Under the pieces are notes generated by a model that was not told the DNA's origin, searched no databases, and worked only from the letters and a program-made list of their open reading frames with translations. This document shows positions 1-9,814 of a DNA stretch of 64,000 nucleotides, in pieces. The stretch's first letter is position 1; every line of letters begins with the position of its first letter. This DNA is from Bacillota bacterium. Lineage in GTDB: Bacteria > Bacillota_I > Bacilli_A > Acholeplasmatales > Acholeplasmataceae. The stretch covers positions 2,591-66,590 of the forward strand of contig JAHISX010000043.1 of assembly GCA_018817915.1 (NCBI GenBank), in the 5' to 3' direction. Made by a program: the position numbers and the translations under genes.

Positions 1-1
1 T

Positions 2-241
2 CTAGGAAGTTTTGGTATAATGAGTTATATAGTTCGTTCAACACCAAGTTTGTTTAAAGGTGTGACAGATACAACCTTAAATTTACTTAGTAGATTGAAT
101 ACCTCACTTTCACTAAACACAACAACAGCCTTTTTAGCAGTCACATATGGAGCAGTAGGATCATTTGTTAACTCACTATCCAACTTATTATTTGATGACA
201 ATAATGAAATTGTCATTGATTTATATGCTGGATGTGATTAG
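2..241 (+). CDS. 3' end of an ORF open to the left window edge; hypothetical, possibly the C-terminal tail of a polymorphic toxin
   Basis: No stop in this frame from base 2 to TAG 239-241. The listed ATG at 20 has no convincing RBS. A small membrane-protein gene follows 11 nt later, as in toxin/immunity pairs. No recognisable motif. Confidence 0.3.
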   Translation, partial: LGSFGIMSYIVRSTPSLFKGVTDTTLNLLSRLNTSLSLNTTTAFLAVTYGAVGSFVNSLSNLLFDDNNEIVIDLYAGCD

Positions 242-252
242 GAAGGATTGTT

Positions 253-753
253 ATGAATAAAACGAAAACAAAGTATCTCGTATCACCATTCATATTATTT
301 GGAATATTATTTATTGTTATTATAAGCTATTTTGCATTTGTACTGACATTCATTATTTTACCGACACCATCTGAAGAAAATCGTTCTCAACTTACTACTA
401 TATTATTAGTTATCATACTTGGTGGGTTTCCAACATTCACATTAGCATTCAGCCTAAACAAATGTTTTTCAATGATTTCTTTTGATGAAGAAGGTGTTCA
501 TAAGTCGTTATTTAACCGGTTCTTTAAGCAAGATTTTTTATGGAAAGATATAAAAGAGGTAAGACTCTTTAATAGAGTTGACCAGTGGTTATTTATAAGC
601 AAACTATCCACTGAAGGAATGTCTTATTATCAACTAATCAAAAACAGAGATATTATACAAATGAGTTTCAACCCAAATATACTAAAAGCAATCAGAAAAT
701 ATTCAAGTTTGAAGATAGAAAATCTAAAAGAAAATCAAATTAATGAAGTATAA
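253..753 (+). CDS. Small membrane protein: two N-terminal TM helices plus a ~90-aa soluble domain (bacterial PH / YdbS-like layout); candidate immunity protein
   Basis: RBS aggaagga (240-247) lies 5 nt before ATG 253. Two hydrophobic helices (LVSPFILFGILFIVIISYFAFVLTFIIL; LTTILLVIILGGFPTFTLAFSL) precede ISFDEEGVHK...FLWKDIKEVRLF, a pattern typical of membrane-flanked bacterial PH domains. Confidence 0.5.
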   Translation: MNKTKTKYLVSPFILFGILFIVIISYFAFVLTFIILPTPSEENRSQLTTILLVIILGGFPTFTLAFSLNKCFSMISFDEEGVHKSLFNRFFKQDFLWKDIKEVRLFNRVDQWLFISKLSTEGMSYYQLIKNRDIIQMSFNPNILKAIRKYSSLKIENLKENQINEV

Positions 754-897
754 TTCATTATTAAAGTTCAGTGAAAATGTGCTAAAATAACCTCAAGTTT
801 ATTTAAGGGATTATCACTACTAATGCTCTAAGAATATTCTCAGATAAGGAGAAATAATCTAATAGCTTCTAAGTATGCGTATTGTGCCAACAACCCA

Positions 898-1440
898 GTG
901 ATGTATGTTGATCCAAGTGGAACTACTCCGCAGATTGTTATTTTTCTTTTGAAATTAGCAGCGGGTTCTGCCGTTGCAGATGGTCCTCTTCCAATTGGTG
1001 ATACAATAGCTATATTATTGCTAATAACAGCTGGATTAATAATGATAGCAGATATAACAGAGACAAATTATTCAAAAGTTAACAAAAATAATTATTATGT
1101 TTACACACTGAGTGATGGTGAAGGTGTATTTTATGTTGGTATTACAAAAAACCTTGAGAGAAGAAAAGCTCAACATGAAGCAACTTTTGGGCCAGGGTTC
1201 GATATGCTAAGTACAGGCCCAATGAATTTGGCACAAGCACGCGTAATGGAAACTAGTTTGATTGTTTCCTATGGAACTAGAGAGATATATCAAATGGGTG
1301 AAACGCTCTTTGGAGGTTCTAAAATTATGGGAAATCAAATATTAAGTATATCCAATAGACGATATCCTACTTCACTTCTAATTCACAAATTAGAGAGTGA
1401 TGCACTTTTATGGATGGAGAGATTAGGTCCGAGACGATGA
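898..1440 (+). CDS. Orphan RHS/WapA-type polymorphic-toxin C-terminal cassette with a GIY-YIG nuclease-like domain
   Basis: The frame is open from 832 (after TAA 829-831) and reads ...NLIASKYAYCANNPVMYVDPSG, the RHS/YD core-end signature. Downstream is YVYTLSDGEGVFYVGITKNLERRKAQH...ARVMETS, which matches GIY..YIG..R..E. No YD-repeat body or RBS lies upstream; GTG 898/ATG 901 is the only start. Confidence 0.7.
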   Translation: MMYVDPSGTTPQIVIFLLKLAAGSAVADGPLPIGDTIAILLLITAGLIMIADITETNYSKVNKNNYYVYTLSDGEGVFYVGITKNLERRKAQHEATFGPGFDMLSTGPMNLAQARVMETSLIVSYGTREIYQMGETLFGGSKIMGNQILSISNRRYPTSLLIHKLESDALLWMERLGPRR

Positions 1441-2465
1441 AAAAAGAATACTATTTTGAAGATTTACTCATACAAGAAATTTATATGGATTACAAACAAA
1501 ATATTATTGATAAAATGACCAATGAGAAGGCAACAGAGAAAACCCTTGAGGACTACAGTGAGATCTTTGATGAAAATACACCACAATCAAGATTAGCTAT
1601 GATTGCATTAGCCTATTATCAGTGGAGTATAGGTAGATTACTTCCTATCATCAAAGAGAAAGCTCGATTCACATATCGAGATTTTATGGATTACATTGAT
1701 GAATATTATGAGATGGATATCACAGGGAACTATGTTAATACTTTATATAAACCTGACATCACTCATCAAAAGGTAATTGATCAAGTGGAAACAATTATGC
1801 AGCTTCTTGACACTGAAATGCCCAAAATTAAGCGTTTAATCTCGTATAGAGAATATGAAATTAAAGGTTTAGAAATAAATGGCATATATGCCTATAAAAT
1901 TCCATGCGAAGCAGTTGAAGAACAAACAGCAGATGCTTGTTATATGTATTTTTACTTTTTAAAAGATGTTCTTCCTCCCAGTAGGGATAAGTATATCTAT
2001 ATCTATAATATTTATTCTGTAGGAAGAGTTCTCACATTAGATGAAGTTCAGAATGTTGGATTTATTCCGAGTTGTTTTCATTATAGACAGAATCTTCATC
2101 AGAAGAAGCAAGTATTTGAAGAGCGAACGTCAAATGTGTTTCTAGAATTTGTCCATCCTAAACATTATAAATGGCAATTTGTTTGGAATATGAACACTTT
2201 CCAAGCAAAAAAAGGGAACCAAAAATCCATTTATTTAGGTCAAGCTCAAAAGATATTACTACCTGTATATGAAGCTGATAGAATGAAAGAACCACGAAAC
2301 TCATTCAGTCCTGCTCTTTTTGAAACCTTAGAGTTAAGCATTACAACAAGAGCAAAAGGCTATAAAAACTGTGACATTCCACACTTCATTAATGGAAAGA
2401 TTTTATTTGATCCTGAAGTAGAAGTATATGAAGAAATCATAGTTGAAGAGATCCCTATTATATAA
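1437..2465 (+). CDS. Hypothetical protein; candidate cognate immunity protein of the GIY-YIG toxin cassette
   Basis: ATG 1437 overlaps the toxin stop (ATGA, 1437-1440), so the two are translationally coupled. 342 aa, no signal peptide or TM, no motif I recognise. Start chosen at MKKEYYFEDL rather than the ORF-track 1410. Confidence 0.5.
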   Translation: MKKEYYFEDLLIQEIYMDYKQNIIDKMTNEKATEKTLEDYSEIFDENTPQSRLAMIALAYYQWSIGRLLPIIKEKARFTYRDFMDYIDEYYEMDITGNYVNTLYKPDITHQKVIDQVETIMQLLDTEMPKIKRLISYREYEIKGLEINGIYAYKIPCEAVEEQTADACYMYFYFLKDVLPPSRDKYIYIYNIYSVGRVLTLDEVQNVGFIPSCFHYRQNLHQKKQVFEERTSNVFLEFVHPKHYKWQFVWNMNTFQAKKGNQKSIYLGQAQKILLPVYEADRMKEPRNSFSPALFETLELSITTRAKGYKNCDIPHFINGKILFDPEVEVYEEIIVEEIPII

Positions 2466-2743
2466 AGAACGAATAAAGTTATTGTCTATTATTTCAGAGA
2501 GCACATCGTTTATTGGAAATTTTCACAGACTAATAACTCATTGAGTTTAGTTAGCTACATTTCGTAAAAAAATATGTTGCATATTGTTCTAATACTCCAT
2601 TAATAGATATTGATCCAAACAGCAAGAATGGCTAACTTTGATTACTATTTTAATTTATCTATATCGTATACAATCTGGAAAAAAACTAATCATTATCTTT
2701 ATCAATGAGATAAGTGCAAAATTTTTATTTTATAAATGAATAC

Positions 2744-2784
2744 AAAAAAGATGATTGTGAAATATCTGCACAATCATCTTTTAT
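2744..2784. terminator. Bidirectional intrinsic terminator between the toxin/immunity cassette and gpmI
   Basis: Perfect 12-bp stem aagatgattgtg (2748-2759) / cacaatcatctt (2769-2780) with a 9-nt loop. A-run on the 5' side and T-run on the 3' side. Sits 19 nt from the gpmI stop. Confidence 0.7.
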
Positions 2785-2802
2785 ATATAACTTAAAAACA
2801 AT

Positions 2803-4326
2803 TTATTTAATGATTAGACTATGGCCTGTCATTTCTTTTGGTTGCTTAACATCAAGTAAATCTAATAATGTTGGTGCAACATCACATAATGAACCAGTAC
2901 CAACTTTAATATCTTTTTTAGTTATTAAAACTGGAACAAGATTGGTTGTATGAGCCGTATGTGGTTCTCCATCTTCGCTTCTCATCTTTTCTGCATTACC
3001 ATGATCTGCGATCACGATAGCAACACCACCAATAGAAAGGATTGCTTCAACGACCTCATGAGTACATTGATCAACTGTTTCTACAGCTTTAATTGCTGCT
3101 GGAATTGATCCTGTATGACCAACCATATCAGGATTAGCAAAGTTTAAAATCATCGTATCAAATTTACCTGATAAGACTGCTTCTACAGCTCTATCTTTAA
3201 CTTCAAATGCACTCATTTCAGGTTGTAAATCATAGGTAGCAACTTTAGGAGATTCTACAAGAATTCTTGTAGCACCTTCTAATTTTCTTTCTTGTCCACC
3301 ATCAAAGAAGAAGGTGACATGGGCGTATTTTTCAGTTTCAGCAATTCTAAGTTGCTTAAGACCAGCATCAGCTATGACTTCACCATAAAGATTATTTAAG
3401 ACTTGAAGTTCATAAGCAAGAGGTCCTTTAACAGTCTTGTTGTAATGCATCATAGAAACAAAGAATATATCTGTTGGTACATTTTTAGGATCAAAACTTG
3501 CCTTACCTTCAGTATGGTAAATATTTGCTTCACTTGGGTTAGAAAAGGCTGTAGCAATTCTTATCGCTCTATCTGGTCTAAAATTAGCGAATATAATTGA
3601 ATCGTGATCACCAATTAAACCTTTTTCATCTACAACAAATGGTACGATGAATTCATCAGTGATGCCAGCATCATAAGATACCTGTGTGCCAACAAGTGCA
3701 TCATCAAATTTCTTTCCAGTACCTAAAATCATATTATCAATTGCTAATTGAATGCGATCCCAGTTGTTATCACGATCCATCGCATAATATCTGCCAGATA
3801 CTGTAGCAACTTTCATTCCATGATCAATTAAAGTCTTTAAATAACCTAGTCCTGAGACTTGCGGTGTATCTCTACCATCCATGAAGGCATGAAGATAAGG
3901 TGTTATCCCTTGCGATACTGCTAAATCATGAAGTGCCATGATATGTGTTGGATATGCATGAACACCACCATCACTGACGAGTCCAAAGATATGAAGCTTG
4001 CTATTGTTTTTTTTAGCATGATCAATGGCGTCAAGAAATGCTTGATTTTTAAAGAATGAACCGTCTTTAATTGCGACATTGATTCTAGTTAGTGATTGAT
4101 AAACAACACGTCCGGTACCTAAGTTTAAGTGACCAACTTCACTATTACCCATTTGTCCATCTGGTAACCCTACATATTCACCACTAGCTTCTAATACATT
4201 ATTTGGATAATCTTTAAATAATTGATCTAAAAATGGTTTTTTAGCAAGTGATACTGCGTTGCTATCACTTGATGGAGCAAGTCCATAGCCATCCATAATA
4301 ATTAATGCTGCAAATTTTTTATTCAT
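2803..4326 (-). CDS. gpmI: 2,3-bisphosphoglycerate-independent phosphoglycerate mutase
   Basis: 507 aa. N-terminus LIIMDGYGL...SNAV, MGNSEVGHLNLGTGR and C-terminal ADHGNAE...HT are hallmark iPGM motifs, and the length is as expected. Confidence 0.95.
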   Translation of the reverse strand: MNKKFAALIIMDGYGLAPSSDSNAVSLAKKPFLDQLFKDYPNNVLEASGEYVGLPDGQMGNSEVGHLNLGTGRVVYQSLTRINVAIKDGSFFKNQAFLDAIDHAKKNNSKLHIFGLVSDGGVHAYPTHIMALHDLAVSQGITPYLHAFMDGRDTPQVSGLGYLKTLIDHGMKVATVSGRYYAMDRDNNWDRIQLAIDNMILGTGKKFDDALVGTQVSYDAGITDEFIVPFVVDEKGLIGDHDSIIFANFRPDRAIRIATAFSNPSEANIYHTEGKASFDPKNVPTDIFFVSMMHYNKTVKGPLAYELQVLNNLYGEVIADAGLKQLRIAETEKYAHVTFFFDGGQERKLEGATRILVESPKVATYDLQPEMSAFEVKDRAVEAVLSGKFDTMILNFANPDMVGHTGSIPAAIKAVETVDQCTHEVVEAILSIGGVAIVIADHGNAEKMRSEDGEPHTAHTTNLVPVLITKKDIKVGTGSLCDVAPTLLDLLDVKQPKEMTGHSLIIK

Positions 4327-4423
4327 TTTATTTACTCCTTCGAAAGCTTTATCAACTCTATTATACTTGAAAATCCTACGGAAGCGAAATTCAACGCAAA
4401 AAAAACGTTTTCAAGTGTCACTA

Positions 4424-4452
4424 TTGGAATATTATAAAAATTATGATAAAAT
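4424..4452 (+). promoter_or_regulatory. Sigma-A-type promoter for the FMN riboswitch-ribU transcript
   Basis: -35 TTGGAA (4424-4429), 17-nt spacer, extended -10 TGaTAAAAT (4444-4452). Lies ~10 nt upstream of the riboswitch P1. Confidence 0.5.
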
Positions 4453-4461
4453 ATGTGTGTA

Positions 4462-4570
4462 ATACTTCGGGGCAGGGTGAAATTCCCTACCGGCGGTCAT
4501 AGTCCGCGAGCCTTAGGGCAGACCTTGTGCAACTCAAGGACCGACAGTAAAGTCTGGATGGAAGAAGTAA
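4462..4570 (+). promoter_or_regulatory. FMN riboswitch (RFN element) aptamer
   Basis: Contains the near-invariant RFN blocks ggggcagggtgaaattccctaccggcggt, agtccgcgagcc and ccgacagtaaagtctggatggaagaag. P1 is tacttc (4463-4468) / gaagta (4564-4569). Confidence 0.92.
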
Positions 4571-4593
4571 TGTCAGTTTGACATGCCTTTTTG

Positions 4594-4619
4594 TCGCCGA
4601 AGTAATTTGGCGATTTTTT
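4594..4619 (+). terminator. Riboswitch expression-platform terminator
   Basis: Stem tcgccga (4594-4600) / ttggcga (4607-4613, one G-U pair), 6-nt loop, then T6 (4614-4619). Lies 20 nt before the ribU start. Confidence 0.75.
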
Positions 4620-4638
4620 GTTACTTAGGAGGTAAATC

Positions 4639-5316
4639 ATGTCAAATTACTTACGATTAAAAAAAATGTTATATGTTGTTTCATTAGCTGCAGTTTCTAT
4701 TGTCTTAGGATTAGTAGAAATTACTTGGCCGATTCCTGGTGCTAGTTTTCTAAAACTCGATTTTAGTGAAGTTGCTATATTGGTTGCTTTGCTTGTCTTA
4801 GGAAATAAAGAAACAATGATTGTTGTTTTGATACGAAGTTTCTCTAGAAGATTATTTCTAGGATTTTCGTTGGATGGTATTGTTGGTGAGATGGTTGCTA
4901 TGGTTGCTTCGTTTTCGATCATCATAGCTTATAATCTTTCAAGAAGATTTTTAAAGATCAAAGATAAACCACTTATTTATGAAGTGAGTGTGAATGGTAA
5001 TAAGATTAAGAGAAACGAATTTATCGTTACAACTTTAACGATTACATTATTTTTAACTGTGATCTTATTTGCTTTCAATTTCTTTATTGCAACGCCAATT
5101 TATTACACATTGCCAAATCCTTATGTGCCGGTACTATCAATCAGTGGTAGATTGCATTATACGGTTTTTACTTTTATTCCGGATTCACCATTTACTTATG
5201 CACAATATTTTTGGGCATTACTCGTTTTATATTTACCTTTTAATATTGTAAAAGGCGCGTTAGTGAGCATTGTCTTCTTGTTGCTAAAGCCTAGAATGAA
5301 ATATTTAGAGCTCTAA
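4639..5316 (+). CDS. ribU: Riboflavin transporter, ECF-type S component (RibU/FmnP family)
   Basis: Directly downstream of the FMN riboswitch. LKLDFSEVAILVALLVLG and C-terminal LPFNIVKGALVSIVFLLLKP resemble B. subtilis RibU (LKIDFSDVPAIIA...; LPFNMIKG...). Multi-TM protein. Confidence 0.8.
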   Translation: MSNYLRLKKMLYVVSLAAVSIVLGLVEITWPIPGASFLKLDFSEVAILVALLVLGNKETMIVVLIRSFSRRLFLGFSLDGIVGEMVAMVASFSIIIAYNLSRRFLKIKDKPLIYEVSVNGNKIKRNEFIVTTLTITLFLTVILFAFNFFIATPIYYTLPNPYVPVLSISGRLHYTVFTFIPDSPFTYAQYFWALLVLYLPFNIVKGALVSIVFLLLKPRMKYLEL

Positions 5317-5344
5317 TATGTTATAATAGATTTGAGGGATAATT

Positions 5345-5812
5345 ATGAAATTGTCTGAAATGTTTAAGGAACCTATCAATAGGAAAGACTTACTGCCTGT
5401 CATCAAACAGGCCGTTTTCATGTCTATTATTGGTGGTTTGCTTATTGGAACCATTCATTTATTGGTTGTTCAAATATTTCATATATCATTAATCTGGATG
5501 TTTCTTTTCATTTTAGGTATAACAATGGCTAGAAGAATCAGAGATGCATATACAAATTATCATATTGCTTATGCGATTATTGCTATAGTTTCTCTTTTTG
5601 TAACTTACTATCTTACTCAATGTGTGTATGCATATGGACTAGTCTTTATGACCAATGGATTAGTTGGAGAGTATATCAATTTCATTTTTAACCCACTGCT
5701 ACATTTTAATTTTATAAACATTTTAAGTTCAAGTTTTTTAACGGTTGGAAATTTAATCGATGTCTTCTTTTTCATCGTAATCAACATTTATGTCGTAAGA
5801 TACCTAAAGTAA
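5345..5812 (+). CDS. Hypothetical integral membrane protein (about 4 TM)
   Basis: RBS gaggga lies before ATG 5345. Hydrophobic throughout, with no recognisable motif. Confidence 0.5.
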   Translation: MKLSEMFKEPINRKDLLPVIKQAVFMSIIGGLLIGTIHLLVVQIFHISLIWMFLFILGITMARRIRDAYTNYHIAYAIIAIVSLFVTYYLTQCVYAYGLVFMTNGLVGEYINFIFNPLLHFNFINILSSSFLTVGNLIDVFFFIVINIYVVRYLK

Positions 5813-7207
<1,395 letters not shown>

Positions 7208-7220
7208 TACAAATGCAAAA

Positions 7221-7253
7221 ATAGAAATCAAATTGCTTGATTTCTATTTTTTT
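7221..7253 (+). terminator. Intrinsic terminator of eno
   Basis: Perfect 10-bp stem atagaaatca (7221-7230) / tgatttctat (7238-7247), 7-nt loop, T-run 7248-7253. Confidence 0.85.
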
Positions 7254-7261
7254 GTTAATAT

Positions 7262-7299
7262 GAATAAAAAAAAGTCTAATATAAATTTATTGGACTTTT
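7262..7299 (-). terminator. Intrinsic terminator of the minus-strand permease gene
   Basis: 12-bp stem 7270-7281 / 7288-7299 (one G-U pair), 6-nt loop. On the minus strand it is followed by a U-run (the plus-strand A-run at 7262-7269). Starts 5 nt past the stop at 7304. Confidence 0.65.
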
Positions 7300-7303
7300 C
7301 GTC

Positions 7304-8422
7304 TTAAAAAAAGATAAGAACAACTGTACTGATGATGATTATAAAGATTATGCAAAGTATCGTATATTGAATCAAGTAATGCTTAATTTGCTGATGATAA
7401 TCTCTAAGAACATACTTGAAGGTAATCAAACTAGCTAAAGATGCAATAATGCTTCCCATTGCACCAATATTAACCCCTTGGAGTAAAGGTTGCCATAAAT
7501 AAACTGGTGTAAATGTCGATAAAAGAACAGCAGTTGGGACGTTACTAATCAATTGGCTGACGAATAAGCCAGAAAAGAATATTGAATATCTTGTATTTAA
7601 TAATTGAGAAACAAAAATTTGTACATTTTGTATTTGTGATAGATTGCCTGTAAAAATAAAAAATGCAAGAAAAGTAAGTAATAAGTGAAAATCAACACGT
7701 CTTAATAAATGTCTGCCGTAAATCATCACTAAAATCAAAGTGATGATCAACGTATAGAGTTCTGGAACAATTCTAAGTATGTTGAGTAATGCATTAATTA
7801 ATATAAGCAGATAGAGAAATAACCTACGCAGATCAACTACAGGAGTAGTGATATTGAGTTCACAAGTAGATGAAGGTATCCTAATCAATAAAGTGGTTAC
7901 TATTAACAATAAACCCATCAGAGTGATTGGGAAAGTAACGGATAAAAAAGATGAGAATGGAATATTAAAGTAAGCATATAGATAAATGTTTTGAGGATCT
8001 CCCATTGGGGTTAATGCACTACCCATATTGGCAGCAATGGTCTGTAAGATTAAAATAGTTATTGCGTGTTTTTCTTGATGTGTATGCTTCGTAATAAAAA
8101 TTGTAAATGGAATCAAAGTCAATAATACGGCATCATTGGTCAGCAGCATCGCTAAAAAGAATGTTACAAGAACAATTACTAAACCAACCCATTTGATGTT
8201 TTTTAGATGCATCACCAATTTTGTTGCTACATAATCAAAAAAATGCGTTTCATAGATACCGGAAACAGCAATCATTATAGTAAACATAATGATTAAGACT
8301 TTCCAATTGACATAGTCCAAATATGCTAACGATGGTGTGGTGATGAACATGGAAAAAACAGCAAAAATCATTGCAACTAAAAAGACCTTATCTTTTATTA
8401 TAAACTCCATTATTCTTATCAT
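7304..8422 (-). CDS. ArsB/NhaD-superfamily anion permease (YbiR/citrate-transporter-like)
   Basis: 372 aa with ~10-12 TM. The motif GSALTPMGDPQNIYLY resembles the G(D/N)PQN signature of this superfamily. Start ambiguous (8422 or 8410). Confidence 0.6.
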   Translation of the reverse strand: MIRIMEFIIKDKVFLVAMIFAVFSMFITTPSLAYLDYVNWKVLIIMFTIMIAVSGIYETHFFDYVATKLVMHLKNIKWVGLVIVLVTFFLAMLLTNDAVLLTLIPFTIFITKHTHQEKHAITILILQTIAANMGSALTPMGDPQNIYLYAYFNIPFSSFLSVTFPITLMGLLLIVTTLLIRIPSSTCELNITTPVVDLRRLFLYLLILINALLNILRIVPELYTLIITLILVMIYGRHLLRRVDFHLLLTFLAFFIFTGNLSQIQNVQIFVSQLLNTRYSIFFSGLFVSQLISNVPTAVLLSTFTPVYLWQPLLQGVNIGAMGSIIASLASLITFKYVLRDYHQQIKHYLIQYTILCIIFIIIISTVVLIFF

Positions 8423-8540
8423 AGAACCTCATATTTGATGATGCCAATCGATATTATACGCCTTTTTTGATAAAACTCAATATCAATCAGATTGGTTTGA
8501 TCATAAACTTCCACCAAATTAAATTCGATTTGAACTTTTG

Positions 8541-8554
8541 TTGAAAATTTTCAA
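8541..8554. promoter_or_regulatory. Perfect 14-bp palindrome TTGAAAATTTTCAA in the divergent permease/opp intergenic region (candidate operator)
   Basis: Self-complementary 14-mer read directly. It contains overlapping AATTTTC/GAAAATT half-sites like those of the CodY box. The binding factor is not established. Confidence 0.3.
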
Positions 8555-8801
8555 TATTTTCATTCATCAGTCACCAAAATAGAATATATAAATAATGATA
8601 TTTTACAAATTTAGCACAATAATCAATGACGTTTTTATTGATCATTAAAAAAGGAAAAAAACAACAAATAACAGCTTCTATTTATGAAAGTGTTTTCATC
8701 CATTTTAGTACATTATCAGTTTTATAATATATTATATTATAACATAAATATAAATAAGGGCTGATGGCATGATCAATGCAAGTTATTTGTGTCATTTGGA
8801 C

Positions 8802-8830
8802 TTGTAATTTATATGATATTGCAGTATAAT
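8802..8830 (+). promoter_or_regulatory. Candidate sigma-A promoter of the opp operon
   Basis: -35 TTGTAA (8802-8807), 17-nt spacer, consensus -10 TATAAT (8825-8830). Ends 51 nt upstream of the oppB ATG. Confidence 0.5.
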
Positions 8831-8880
8831 TAACCAAATATTAATTAGTGATATTAATCAACATATGGAGGCAACTCATA

Positions 8881-9813
8881 ATGGTCTATTATACCAAACG
8901 CGTGTTTTCGGCATTTTTCACCTTACTCATCATTGCATCACTAACGTTTTTTATGATGCGCTCGATTCCAGGTGGACCATTTACACGTGAACGTACACTA
9001 GATCCTGTTATTGAAGCTAGACTGCTTGCTAAATATAATTTAGATGCTCCATTAATGGAACAATATTTTGACTATATGAATGGACTATTTCATTTTGATT
9101 TAGGACCTTCTTTTCAGTATAAAGGCTATACAGTCAATGAAATCATTGCTGTAGGATTTCCTGTATCAGCAAAAATCGGTATTGTGTCTGTCATCATGGT
9201 TGTTATGATTGGTATTCCTATTGGCATTATTTCAGCATTAAAACAAAATAAACCTATTGACTATATTGTGATGATTTTAGCAACTTTAGGGGTGACAATC
9301 CCAAGCTTTGTTATTGCGACTCTATTCCTTTATTATTTTGGAGTCAAATTGAATTGGGTACCAACAGGTGGCTTCGGTCCTAATCCGTTGTATTATATAG
9401 GACCAGTCATTGCATTATCTGGGTATTCATTATCATTTGTTGCAAGATTAACGAGATCAAGCATGTTAGAAGTACTACAACAAGATTATATACGTACTGC
9501 AAGAGCTAACGGGATCAAAGAATATAAAGTAATGTACAAACATGCGCTCAAAAATGCAATTATTCCAGTCATTACTTATGTTGGACCAATGATTGCTGCA
9601 GTACTTACTGGATCATTTGTTGTTGAAAATGTATTTGATATTCCTGGTATTGGTGATCGATTCGTTACCAGTGTATCCAATCGAGATTATACAATGATTG
9701 TTGGTGTTACAGTATTTTACGCCGCTTTCTATATCATAATGGTTTTACTTGTGGACATTGCTTACTCGCTTATTGATCCACGCATAAGACTCGGCAAGAA
9801 GAGTGGTGATTGA
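8881..9813 (+). CDS. oppB: Oligopeptide/dipeptide ABC transporter permease (OppB/DppB type)
   Basis: N-terminus YTKRVFSAFFTLLIIASLTFFMMRSIPGGPF, plus YIRTARANGIKE (EAA loop). RBS atggagg lies before ATG 8881. Confidence 0.9.
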   Translation: MVYYTKRVFSAFFTLLIIASLTFFMMRSIPGGPFTRERTLDPVIEARLLAKYNLDAPLMEQYFDYMNGLFHFDLGPSFQYKGYTVNEIIAVGFPVSAKIGIVSVIMVVMIGIPIGIISALKQNKPIDYIVMILATLGVTIPSFVIATLFLYYFGVKLNWVPTGGFGPNPLYYIGPVIALSGYSLSFVARLTRSSMLEVLQQDYIRTARANGIKEYKVMYKHALKNAIIPVITYVGPMIAAVLTGSFVVENVFDIPGIGDRFVTSVSNRDYTMIVGVTVFYAAFYIIMVLLVDIAYSLIDPRIRLGKKSGD

Positions 9814-9814
9814 T

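Noticed and set aside
2466-2743. ~280-bp ORF-free stretch after the immunity candidate; considered as a decayed further toxin/immunity cassette or a small RNA
   Set aside because: No reading frame carries a DPxG-type junction or any extended similarity to the neighbouring cassette, and I found no promoter-hairpin pair defining an sRNA. It is left as unexplained spacer.
2714-2953. 79-aa plus-strand ORF, and other ORFs antisense or out of frame within gpmI, eno, opp genes, ribU and comEC (e.g. 3403-3600, 4647-4925, 5069-5251, 6169-6363, 6963-7175, 10146-10367, 62440-62694)
   Set aside because: All lie inside much longer ORFs with unambiguous conserved-family motifs. They lack RBSs and have low-complexity or implausible sequences, which are typical chance ORFs in AT-rich DNA.
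4399-4414. aaaaaaacgttttcaa upstream of gpmI, resembling a cre/LacI-type site
   Set aside because: Only the central aaacgttt is palindromic. The register of the right arm differs from the island operators by one base, and the left arm is a plain A-run. It fails the cre consensus at the distal C.
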